A DNA stretch of 64,000 nucleotides, taken from positions 12,276,001 to 12,340,000 of the forward strand of contig OZ024745.1 in the NCBI GenBank assembly GCA_964016885.1. Direction: 5' to 3'. How positions within the stretch are numbered: position 1 is the stretch's first letter; the number at the start of each line of letters is the position of its first letter. The translations under genes and the position numbers were made by a program. The notes under the pieces are model-generated. The model saw only the letters and a list, made by a program, of their open reading frames with translations, did not search any database and had not been told where the DNA came from. The DNA is from Eledone cirrhosa (lineage: Eukaryota). Shown here in pieces: positions 43,101-56,400 of this stretch.

Positions 43101-46100
43101 ATCTCTCTAGTAGACTGTAACTCACCAATATTGAAGTATGTCATCTCTCTAGAGGACTGTAACTCACCAATATTGAAGTATGTCATCTCTCTAACAGACT
43201 GTAACTCACCAATACTGAAGTATGTCATCTCTCTAGTAGACTGTAACTCACCAATATTGAAGTATGTCATCTCTCTAGTAGACTGTAACTCACCAATATT
43301 GAAGTATGTCATCTCTCTAACAGACTGTAACTCACCAATACTGAAGTATGTCATCTCTCTAGTAGACTGTAATTCACCAATATTGAAGTATGTCATCTCT
43401 CTAGTAGACTGTAACTCACCAATATTGAAGTATGTCATCTCTCTAGTGGACTGTAACTCACCAATATTGAAGTATATCATCCCTCTAGTGGACTGTAACT
43501 CACCAATATTGAAGTATGTCATCTCTCTAGTAGATTGTACCTCACCAATACTGAAGTATGTCATCTCTCTAGTAGACTGTAACTCACCAATATTGAAGTA
43601 TGTCATCTTTCTAGTAGACTGTAACTCACCAATATTGAAGTATGTCATCTCTCTAGTAGACTGTAACTCACCAATATTGAAGTATGTCATCTCTCTAGTG
43701 GACTGTAACTCACCAATATTGAAGTATGTCATCCCTCTAGTGGACTGTAACTCACAAATATTGAAGTATGTCATCTATCTAGTAGACTGTACCTCACCAA
43801 AATTGAAGTATGTCATCTCTCTAGTAGACTGTAACTCACCAATATTGAAGTATGTCATCTCTCTAGTAGACTGTAACTCACCAATATTGAAGTATGTCAT
43901 CTCTCTAGTAGACTGTAACTCACCAATATTGAAGTATGTCATCTCTCTAGTAGACTGTAACTCACCAATATTGAAGTATGTCATCTCTCTAGTAGACTGT
44001 AACTCACCAATATTGAAGTATATCATCTCTCTAGTGGAATGTAACTCACCAATATTGAAGTATGTCATCTCACTAGTGGACTGTAACTCACCAATATTGA
44101 AGTATGTCATCTCACTAGTGGACTGTAACTCACCAATATTGAAGTATGTCATCTCTCTAGTAGACTGTAACTCACCAATATTGAAGTATGTCATCTCTCT
44201 AGCAGACTGTAACTAACCAATATTGAACTATGTCATCTCTCTGGTAGACTGTAACTCACCAATATTGAAGTATGTCATCTCTCTAACAGACTGTAACTCA
44301 CCAATATTGAAGTATGTCATCTCTCTAGTAGACTGTAACTCACCAATATTGAAGTATGTCATCTATCTAGTAGACTGTAACTCACCAATATTGAAGTATG
44401 TCATCTCTCTAGTAGACTGTAACTCACCAATATTGAAGTTTGTCATCTCTCTAGTGGACTGTAAATCACCAATATTGAAGTATGGCATCTCTCTAGTAGA
44501 CTGTAACTCACCAATATTGAAGTATGTCATCTCTCTAACAGACTGTAACTCACCAATGTTGAAGTATGTCATCTCTCTAGTGGACGGTAACTCACCAATA
44601 TTGAAGTATGTCATCTCTCTAACAGTCTGTAACTCACCAATACTGAAGTATGTCATCTCTCTAGTAGACTGTAGCTCACCAATATTGAAGTATGTCATCT
44701 CTCTAGTAGACTGTAACTCACCAATATTGAAGTATGTCATCTCTCTAGAGGACTGTAACTCACCAATATTGAAGTATGTCATCTCTCTAACAGACTGTAA
44801 CTCACCAATACTGAAGTATGTCATCTCTCTAGTAGACTGTAACTCACCAATATTGAAGTATGTCATCTCTCTAGTAGACTGTAACTCACCAATATTGAAG
44901 TATGTCATCTCTCTAACAGACTGTAACTCACCAATACTGAAGTATGTCATCTCTCTAGTAGACTGTAATTCACCAATATTGAAGTATGTCATCTCTCTAG
45001 TAGATTGTAACTCACCAATATTGAAGTATGTCATCTCTCTAGTGGACTGTAACTCACCAATATTGAAGTATATCATCCCTCTAGTGGACTGTAACTCACC
45101 AATATTGAAGTATGTCATCTCTCTAGTAGATTGTACCTCACCAATACTGAAGTATGTCATCTCTCTAGTAGACTGTAACTCACCAATATTGAAGTATGTC
45201 ATCTTTCTAGTAGACTGATACTCACCAATATTGAAGTATGTCATCTCTCTAGTAGACTGTAACTCACCAATATTGAAGTATGTCATCTCTCTAGTGGACT
45301 GTAACTCACCAATATTGAAGTATGTCATCCCTCTAGTGGACTGTAACTCACAAATATTGAAGTATGTCATCTATCTAGTAGACTGTACCTCACCAAAATT
45401 GAAGTATGTCATCTCTCTAGTAGACTGTAACTCACCAATATTGAAGTATGTCATCTCTCTAGTAGACTGTAACTCACCAATATTGAAGTATGTCATCTCT
45501 CTAGTAGACTGTAACTCACCAATATTGAAGTATGTCATCTCTCTAGTAGACTGTAACTCACCAATATTGAAGTATGTCATCTCTCTACCAGACTGTAACT
45601 CACCAATATTGAAGTATGTCATCTCACTAGTAGATTGTAACTCACCAATATTGAAGTATGTCATCTCACTAGTGGACTGTAACTCACCAATATTGAAGTA
45701 TGTCATCTCTCTAGTAGACTGTAACTCACCAATATTGAAGTATGTCATCTCTCTAACAGACTGTAACTCACCAATATTGAAGTATGTCATCTCTCTAGTG
45801 GACGGTAACTCACCAATATTGAAGTATGTCATCTCTCTAACAGTCTGTAACTCACCAATACTGAAGTATGTCATCTCTCTAGTAGACTGTAACTCACCAA
45901 TATTGAAGTATGTCATCTCTCTAGTAGACTGTAACTCACCAATATTGAAGTATGTCATCTCTCTAGTAGACTGTAACTCACCAATATTGAAGTATGTCAT
46001 CTCTCTAGAGGACTGTAACTCACCAATATTGAAGTATGTCATCTCTCTAACAGACTGTAACTCACCAATACTGAAGTATGTCATCTCTCTAGTAGACTGT

Positions 46101-49100
46101 AACTCACCAATATTGAAGTATGTCATCTCTCTAGTAGACTGTAACTCACCAATATTGAAGTATGTCATCTCTCTAACAGACTGTAACTCACCAATACTGA
46201 AGTATGTCATCTCTCTAGTAGACTGTAATTCACCAATATTGAGGTATGTCATCTCTCTAGTAGACTGTAACTCACCAATATTGAAGTATGTCATCTCTCT
46301 AGTGGACTGTAACTCACCAATATTGAAGTATATCATCCCTCTAGTGGACTGTAACTCACCAATATTGAAGTATGTCATCTCTCTAGTAGATTGTACCTCA
46401 CCAATACTGAAGTATGTCATCTCTCTAGTAGACTGTAACTCACCAATATTGAAGTATGTCATCTTTCTAGTAGACTGTAACTCACCAATATTGAAGTATG
46501 TCATCTCTCTAGTAGACTGTAACTCACCAATATTGAAGTATGTCATCTCTCTAGTGGACTGTAACTCACCAATATTGAAGTATGTCATCCCTCTAGTGGA
46601 CTGTAACTCACAAATATTGAAGTATGTCATCTATCTAGTAGACTGTACCTCACCAAAATTGAAGTATGTCATCTCTCTAGTAGACTGTAACTCACCAATA
46701 TTGAAGTATGTCATCTCTCTAGTAGACTGTAACTCACCAATATTGAAGTATGTCATCTCTCTAGTAGACTGTAACTCACCAATATTGAAGTATGTCATCT
46801 CTCTAGTAGACTGTAACTCACCAATATTGAAGTATGTCATCTCTCTAGTAGACTGTAACTCACCAATATTGAAGTATATCATCTCTCTAGTGGAATGTAA
46901 CTCACCAATATTGAAGTATGTCATCTCACTAGTGGACTGTAACTCACCAATATTGAAGTATGTCATCTCACTAGTGGACTGTAACTCACCAATATTGAAG
47001 TATGTCATCTCTCTAGTAGACTGTAACTCACCAATATTGAAGTATGTCATCTCTCTAGCAGACTGTAACTAACCAATATTGAACTATGTCATCTCTCTGG
47101 TAGACTGTAACTCACCAATATTGAAGTATGTCATCTCTCTAACAGACTGTAACTCACCAATATTGAAGTATGTCATCTCTCTAGTAGACTGTAACTCACC
47201 AATATTGAAGTATGTCATCTCTCTAGCAGACTGTAACTCACCAATATTGAACTATGTCATCTATCTAGTAGACTGTAACTCACCAATATTGAAGTATGTC
47301 ATCTCTCTAGTAGACTGTAACTCACCAATATTGAAGTTTGTCATCTCTCTAGTGGACTGTAAATCACCAATATTGAAGTATGGCATCTCTCTAGTAGACT
47401 GTAACTCACCAATATTGAAGTATGTCATCTCTCTAACAGACTGTAACTCACCAATGTTGAAGTATGTCATCTCTCTAGTGGACGGTAACTCACCAATATT
47501 GAAGTATGTCATCTCTCTAACAGTCTGTAACTCACTAATACTGAAGTATGTCATCTCTCTAGTAGACTGTAGCTCACCAATATTGAAGTATGTCATCTCT
47601 CTAGTAGACTGTAACTCACCAATATTGAAGTATGTCATCTCTCTAGAGGACTGTAACTCACCAATATTGAAGTATGTCATCTCTCTAACAGACTGTAACT
47701 CACCAATACTGAAGTATGTCATCTCTCTAGTAGACTGTAGCTCACCAATATTGAAGTATGTCATCTCTCTAGTAGACTGTAACTCACCAATATTGAAGTA
47801 TGTCATCTCTCTAGAGGACTGTAACTCACCAATATTGAAGTATGTCATCTCTCTAACAGACTGTAACTCACCAATACTGAAGTATGTCATCTCTCTAGTA
47901 GACTGTAATTCACCAATATTGAAGTATGTCATCTCTCTAGTAGACTGTAACTCACCAATATTGAAGTATGTCATCTCTCTAGTGGACTGTAACTCACCAA
48001 TATTGAAGTATATCATCCCTCTAGTGGACTGTAACTCACCAATATTGAAGTATGTCATCTCTCTAGTAGATTGTACCTCACCAATACTGAAGTATGTCAT
48101 CTCTCTAGTAGACTGTAACTCACCAATATTGAAGTATGTCATCTTTCTAGTAGACTGTAACTCACCAATATTGAAGTATGTCATCTCTCTAGTAGACTGT
48201 AACTCACCAATATTGAAGTATGTCATCTCTCTAGTGGACTGTAACTCACCAATATTGAAGTATGTCATCCCTCTAGTGGACTGTAACTCACAAATATTGA
48301 AGTATGTCATCTATCTAGTAGACTGTACCTCACCAAAATTGAAGTATGTCATCTCTCTAGTAGACTGTAACTCACCAATATTGAAGTATGTCATCTCTCT
48401 AGTAGACTGTAACTCACCAATATTGAAGTATGTCATCTCTCTAGTAGACTGTAACTCACCAATATTGAAGTATGTCATCTCTCTAGTAGACTGTAACTCA
48501 CCAATATTGAAGTATGTCATCTCTCTACCAGACTGTAACTCACCAATATTGAAGTATGTCATCTCACTAGTAGACTGTAACTCACCAATATTGAAGTATG
48601 TCATCTCACTAGTGGACTGTAACTCACCAATATTGAAGTATGTCATCTCTCTAGTAGACTGTAACTCACCAATATTGAAGTATGTCATCTCTCTAACAGA
48701 CTGTAACTCACCAATATTGAAGTATGTCATCTCTCTAGTGGACGGTAACTCACCAATATTGAAGTATGTCATCTCTCTAACAGTCTGTAACTCACCAATA
48801 CTGAAGTATGTCATCTCTCTAGTAGACTGTAACTCACCAATATTGAAGTATGTCATCTCTCTAGTAGACTGTAACTCACCAATATTGAAGTATGTCATCT
48901 CTCTAGTAGACTGTAACTCACCAATATTGAAGTATGTCATCTCTCTAGAGGACTGTAACTCACCAATATTGAAGTATGTCATCTCTCTAACAGACTGTAA
49001 CTCACCAATACTGAAGTATGTCATCTCTCTAGTAGACTGTAACTCACCAATATTGAAGTATGTCATCTCTCTAGTAGACTGTAACTCACCAATATTGAAG

Positions 49101-52100
49101 TATGTCATCTCTCTAACAGACTGTAACTCACCAATACTGAAGTATGTCATCTCTCTAGTAGACTGTAATTCACCAATATTAAAGTATGTCATCTCTCTAG
49201 TAGACTGTAACTCACCAATATTGAAGTATGTCATCTCTCTAGTGGACTGTAACTCACCAATATTGAAGTATATCATCCCTCTAGTGGACTGTAACTCACC
49301 AATATTGAAGTATGTCATCTCTCTAGTAGATTGTACCTCACCAATACTGAAGTATGTCATCTCTCTAGTAGACTGTAACTCACCAATATTGAAGTATGTC
49401 ATCTTTCTAGTAGACTGTAACTCACCAATATTGAAGTATGTCATCTCTCTAGTAGACTGTAACTCACCAATATTGAAGTATGTCATCTCTCTAGTGGACT
49501 GTAACTCACCAATATTGAAGTATGTCATCCCTCTAGTGGACTGTAACTCACAAATATTGAAGTATGTCATCTATCTAGTAGACTGTACCTCACCAAAATT
49601 GAAGTATGTCATCTCTCTAGTAGACTGTAACTCACCAATATTGAAGTATGTCATCTCTCTAGTAGACTGTAACTCACCAATATTGAAGTATGTCATCTCT
49701 CTAGTAGACTGTAACTCACCAATATTGAAGTATGTCATCTCTCTAGTAGACTGTAACTCACCAATATTGAAGTATGTCATCTCTCTAGTAGACTGTAACT
49801 CACCAATATTGAAGTATATCATCTCTCTAGTGGAATGTAACTCACCAATATTGAAGTATGTCATCTCACTAGTGGACTGTAACTCACCAATATTGAAGTA
49901 TGTCATCTCACTAGTGGACTGTAACTCACCAATATTGAAGTATGTCATCTCTCTAGTAGACTGTAACTCACCAATATTGAAGTATGTCATCTCTCTAGCA
50001 GACTGTAACTAACCAATATTGAACTATGTCATCTCTCTGGTAGACTGTAACTCACCAATATTGAAGTATGTCATCTCTCTAACAGACTGTAACTCACCAA
50101 TATTGAAGTATGTCATCTCTCTAGTGGACTGTAACTCACCAATATTGAAGTATGTCATCTCTCTAGTAGACTGTAACTCACCAATATTGAAGTATGTCAT
50201 CTCTCTAGTAGACTGTAACTCTCCCATATTTAAGTATGTAATCTCACTAGTGGACTGTAACTCACCAATATTGAAGTATGTCATCTCTCTAGTAGACTGT
50301 AACTCACCAATATTGAAGTATGTCATCTCTCTAGCAGACTGTAACTCACCAATATTGAACTATGTCATCTATCTAGTAGACTGTAACTCACCAATATTGA
50401 AGTATGTCATCTCTCTAGTAGACTGTAACTCACCAATATTGAAGTTTGTCATCTCTCTAGTGGACTGTAAATCACCAATATTGAAGTATGGCATCTCTCT
50501 AGTAGACTGTAACTCACCAATATTGAAGTATGTCATCTCTCTAACAGACTGTAACTCACCAATGTTGAAGTATGTCATCTCTCTAGTGGACGGTAACTCA
50601 CCAATATTGAAGTATGTCATCTCTCTAACAGTCTGTAACTCACCAATACTGAAGTATGTCATCTCTCTAGTAGACTGTAACTCACCAATATTGAAGTATG
50701 TCATCTCTCTAGTAGACTGTAACTCACCAATATTGAAGTATGTCATCTCTCTAGTAGACTGTAACTCACCAATATTGAAGTATGTCATCTCTCTAGAGGA
50801 CTGTAACTCACCAATATTGAAGTATGTCATCTCTCTAACAGACTGTAACTCACCAATACTGAAGTATGTCATCTCTCTAGTAGACTGTAACCCACCAATA
50901 TTGAAGTATGTCATCTCTCTAGTAGACTGTAACTCACCAATATTGAAGTATGTCATCTCTCTAACAGACTGTAACTCACCAATACTGAAGTATGTCATCT
51001 CTCTAGTAGACTGTAATTCACCAATATTGAAGTATGTCATCTCTCTAGTAGACTGTAACTCACCAATATTGAAGTATGTCATCTCTCTAGTGGACTGTAA
51101 CTCACCAATATTGAAGTATATCATCCCTCTAGTGGACTGTAACTCACCAATATTGAAGTATGTCATCTCTCTAGTAGATTGTACCTCACCAATACTGAAG
51201 TATGTCATCTCTCTAGTAGACTGTAACTCACCAATATTGAAGTATGTCATCTTTCTAGTAGACTGTAACTCACCAATATTGAAGTATGTCATCTCTCTAG
51301 TAGACTGTAACTCACCAATATTGAAGTATGTCATCTCTCTAGTAGACTGTAACTCACCAATATTGAAGTATGTCATCCCTCTAGTGGACTGTAACTCACA
51401 AATATTGAAGTATGTCATCTATCTAGTAGACTGTACCTCACCAAAATTGAAGTATGTCATCTCTCTAGTAGACTGTAACTCACCAATATTGAAGTATGTC
51501 ATCTCTCTAGTAGACTGTAACTCACCAATATTGAAGTATGTCATCTCTCTAGTAGACTGTAACTCACCAATATTGAAGTATGTCATCTCTCTAGTAGACT
51601 GTAACTCACCAATATTGAAGTATGTCATCTCTCTAGTAGACTGTAACTCACCAATATTGAAGTATATCATCTCTCTAGTGGAATGTAACTCACCAATATT
51701 GAAGTATGTCATCTCACTAGTGGACTGTAACTCACCAATATTGAAGTATGTCATCTCACTAGTGGACTGTAACTCACCAATATTGAAGTATGTCATCTCT
51801 CTAGTAGACTGTAACTCACCAATATTGAAGTATGTCATCTCTCTAGCAGACTGTAACTAACCAATATTGAACTATGTCATCTCTCTGGTAGACTGTAACT
51901 CACCAATATTGAAGTATGTCATCTCTCTAACAGACTGTAACTCACCAATATTGAAGTATGTCATCTCTCTAGTGGACTGTAACTCACCAATATTGAAGTA
52001 TGTCATCTCTCTAGTAGACTGTAACTCACCAATATTGAAGTATGTCATCTCTCTAGTAGACTGTAACTCTCCCATATTTAAGTATGTAATCTCACTAGTG

Positions 52101-53340
52101 GACTGTAACTCACCAATATTGAAGTATGTCATCTCTCTAGTAGACTGTAACTCACCAATATTGAAGTATGTCATCTCTCTAGCAGACTGTAACTCACCAA
52201 TATTGAACTATGTCATCTATCTAGTAGACTGTAACTCACCAATATTGAAGTATGTCATCTCTCTAGTAGACTGTAACTCACCAATATTGAAGTTTGTCAT
52301 CTCTCTAGTGGACTGTAAATCACCAATATTGAAGTATGGCATCTCTCTAGTAGACTGTAACTCACCAATATTGAAGTATGTCATCTCTCTAACAGACTGT
52401 AACTCACCAATGTTGAAGTATGTCATCTCTCTAGTGGACGGTAACTCACCAATATTGAAGTATGTCATCTCTCTAACAGTCTGTAACTCACCAATACTGA
52501 AGTATGTCATCTCTCTAGTAGACTGTAACTCACCAATATTGAAGTATGTCATCTCTCTAGTAGACTGTAACTCACCAATATTGAAGTATGTCATCTCTCT
52601 AGTAGACTGTAACTCACCAATATTGAAGTATGTCATCTCTCTAGAGGACTGTAACTCACCAATATTGAAGTATGTCATCTCTCTAACAGACTGTAACTCA
52701 CCAATACTGAAGTATGTCATCTCTCTAGTAGACTGTAACTCACCAATATTGAAGTATGTCATCTCTCTAGTAGACTGTAACTCACCAATATTGAAGTATG
52801 TCATCTCTCTAACAGACTGTAACTCACCAATACTGAAGTATGTCATCTCTCTAGTAGACTGTAATTCACCAATATTGAAGTATGTCATCTCTCTAGTAGA
52901 CTGTAACTCACCAATATTGAAGTATGTCATCTCTCTAGTGGACTGTAACTCACCAATATTGAAGTATATCATCCCTCTAGTGGACTGTAACTCACCAATA
53001 TTGAAGTATGTCATCTCTCTAGTAGATTGTACCTCACCAATACTGAAGTATGTCATCTCTCTAGTAGACTGTAACTCACCAATATTGAAGTATGTCATCT
53101 TTCTAGTAGACTGTAACTCACCAATATTGAAGTATGTCATCTCTCTAGTAGACTGTAACTCACCAATATTGAAGTATGTCATCTCTCTAGTGGACTGTAA
53201 CTCACCAATATTGAAGTATGTCATCCCTCTAGTGGACTGTAACTCACAAATATTGAAGTATGTCATCTATCTAGTAGACTGTACCTCACCAAAATTGAAG
53301 TATGTCATCTCTCTAGTAGACTGTAACTCACCAATATTGA
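31123..53340. repeat. Central HOR domain based on a 44-monomer (1848 bp) unit and derivatives of 59, 140, 69, 68, 70 and 44 monomers
   Basis: Boundary marker aactaaccaatattgaacta (stop codon ends at 31112, 32960, 35438, 41318, 44216, 47072, 50012, 51860); domain-specific variants atctatctag+ccaaaatt and tatatcatccct. Confidence 0.88.
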
Positions 53341-53466
53341 AGTATGTCATCTCTCTATTAGACTGTAACTCACCAATATTGAAGTATGTCATCTCTCTAG
53401 TAGACTGTAACTCACCAATATTGAAGTATGTCATCTCTCTAGTAGACTGTAACTCACCAATATTGA

Positions 53467-56400
53467 AGTATGTCATCTCTCTACCAGACTGTAACTCACC
53501 AATATTGAAGTATGTCATCTCACTAGTAGACTGTAACTCACCAATATTGAAGTATGTCATCTCACTAGTGGACTGTAACTCACCAATATTGAAGTATGTC
53601 ATCTCTCTAGTAGACTGTAACTCACCAATATTGAAGTATGTCATCTCTCTAACAGACTGTAACTCACCAATATTGAAGTATGGCATCTCTCTAGTGGACG
53701 GTAACTCACCAATAAGGAAATATGTCATCTCTCTAACAGTCTGTAACTCGCCAATACTGAAGTATGTCATCTCTCTAGTAGACTGTAACTCACCAATATT
53801 GAAGTATGTCATCTCTCTAGTAGACTGTAACTCACCAATATTGAAGTATGTCATCTCTCTAGTAGACTGTAACTCACCAATATTGAAGTATGTCATCTCT
53901 CTAGTGGACTGTAACTCACCAATATTGAAGTATGTCATCTCTCTAGTAGACTGTAACTCACCAATATTGAAGTATGTCATCTCTCTAGTGGACTGTAACT
54001 CACCAATATTGAAGTATGTCATCCCTCTAGTGGACTGTAACTCACCAATATTGAAGTATGTCATCTCTCTAGTAGACTGTAACTCACCAATATTGAAGTA
54101 TGTCATCTCTCTAGTAGACTGTAACTCACCAATATTGAAGTATGTCATCTCTCTAACAGACTGTAACTCACCAATACTGAAGTATGTCATCTCTCTAGTA
54201 GACTGTAACTCACCAATATCGAAGTATGTCATCTCTCTAGTAGACTGTAACTCACCAATATTGAAGTATGTCATCTCTCTAACAGACTGTAACTCACCAA
54301 TACTGAAGTATGTCATCTCTCTAGTAGACTGTAATTCACCAATATTGAAGTATGTTATCTCTCTAGTAGACTGTAACTCACCAATATTGAAGTATGTCAT
54401 CTCTCTAGTGGACTGTACCTCACCAATATTGAAGTATGTCATCCCTCTAGTGGACTGTAACTCACCAATATTGAAGTATGTCATCTCTCTAGTAGATTGT
54501 ACCTCACCAATACTGAAGTATGTCATCTCTCTAGTAGACTGTAACTCACCAATATTGAAGTATGTCATCTCTCTAGTAGACTGTAACTCGACAATATTGA
54601 AGTATGTCATCTCTCTTGTAGACTGTAACTTACCAATATTGAAGTATGTCATCTCTCTAGTGGACTGTAACTCACCAATATTGAAGTATGTCATCCCTCT
54701 AGTGGACTGTAACTCACAAATATTGAAGTATGTCATCTCTCTAGTAGACTGTACCTCACCAATATTGAAGTATGTCATCTCTCTAGTAGACTGTAACTCA
54801 CCAATATTGAAGTATGTCATCTCTCGAATAGACTGTAACTCACCAATATTGAAGTATGTCATCTCTCTGGTAGACTGTAACTCTCCAATATTGAAGTATG
54901 TCATCTCTCTAGTGGACTGTAACTCACCAATACCGAAGTATGTCATCTCTCTAACAGACTGTAACTCACCAATATTGAAGTATGTCATCTCTCTAGTGGA
55001 CTGTAACTCACCAATATTGAAGTATGTCATCTCTCTAACAGTCTGTAACTCACCAATACTGAAGTATGTCATCTCGCTAGTAGACTGTAACTCACCAATA
55101 TTGAAGTATGTCATCTCTCTATTAGACTGTAACTCACCAATATTGAAGTATGTCATCTCTCTAGTAGACTGTAACTCACCAATATTGAAGTATGTCATCT
55201 CTCTAGTGGACTGTAACTCACCAATATTGAAGTATGTCATCTCTCTAACAGACTGTAACTCACCAATACTGAAGTATGTCATCTCTATAGTAGACTGTAC
55301 CTCACCAATATTGAAGTATGTCATCTCTCTAGTAGACTGTAACTCACCAATATTGAAGTATGTCATCTCTCTAGTAGACTGTAACTCACCAATATTGAAG
55401 TATGTCATCTCTCTAGTGGACTGTAACTCACCAATATTGAAGTATGTCATCCCTCTAGTGGACTGTAACTCACCAATATTGAAGTATGTCATCTCTCTAG
55501 TAGACTGTAACTCACCAATATTGAAGCATGTCATCTCTCTAACAGACTGTAACTCACAAATATTGAAGTATGTCATCTCTCTAGTAGACTGTAACTCACC
55601 AATATTGAAGTATGTCATCTCTCTAGTAGACTGTAACTCACCAATATTGAAGGATGTCATCTTTCTAGTAGACTGTAACTCACCAATATTGAAGTATGTC
55701 ATCTCACTAGTGGACTGTAACTCACCAATATTGAAGTATGTCATCTCTCTAGTGGACTGTAACTCACCAATATTGAAGTATGTCATCTCTCTAACAGACT
55801 GTAACTCACCAATACTGAAGTATGTCATCTCTCTAGTAGACTGTAACTCACCAATATTGAAGTATGTCATCTCTCTAGTAGACTGTAACTCACCAATATT
55901 GAAGTATGTCATCTCACTAGTGGATTGTAACTCACCAATATTGAAGTATGTGATCTCTCTAGTAGACTGTAACTCACCAATAATGAAGTATGTCATCTCT
56001 CTAGTGGACTGTAACTCACCAATATTGAAGTATGTCATCTCTCTATAAAACTGTAACTCACCAATATTGAAGTATGTCATCTCTCTAGTAGACTGTAACT
56101 CACCAATATTGAAGTATGTCATCTCTCTAACAGACTGTAACTCACCAATATTGAAGTATGTCATCTCGCTAGTAGACTGTAACTCACCAATATTGAAGTA
56201 TGTCATCTCTCTAGTAGACTGTAACTCACCAATATTGAAGGATGTCATCTTTCTAGTAGACTGTAACTCACCAATATTGAAGTATGTCATCTCTCTAGTG
56301 GACTGTAACTCACCAATATTGAAGTATGTCATCCCTCTAGTGGACTGTAAATCACCAATATTGAAGTATGTCATCTCTCTAGTAGATTGTACCTCACCAA

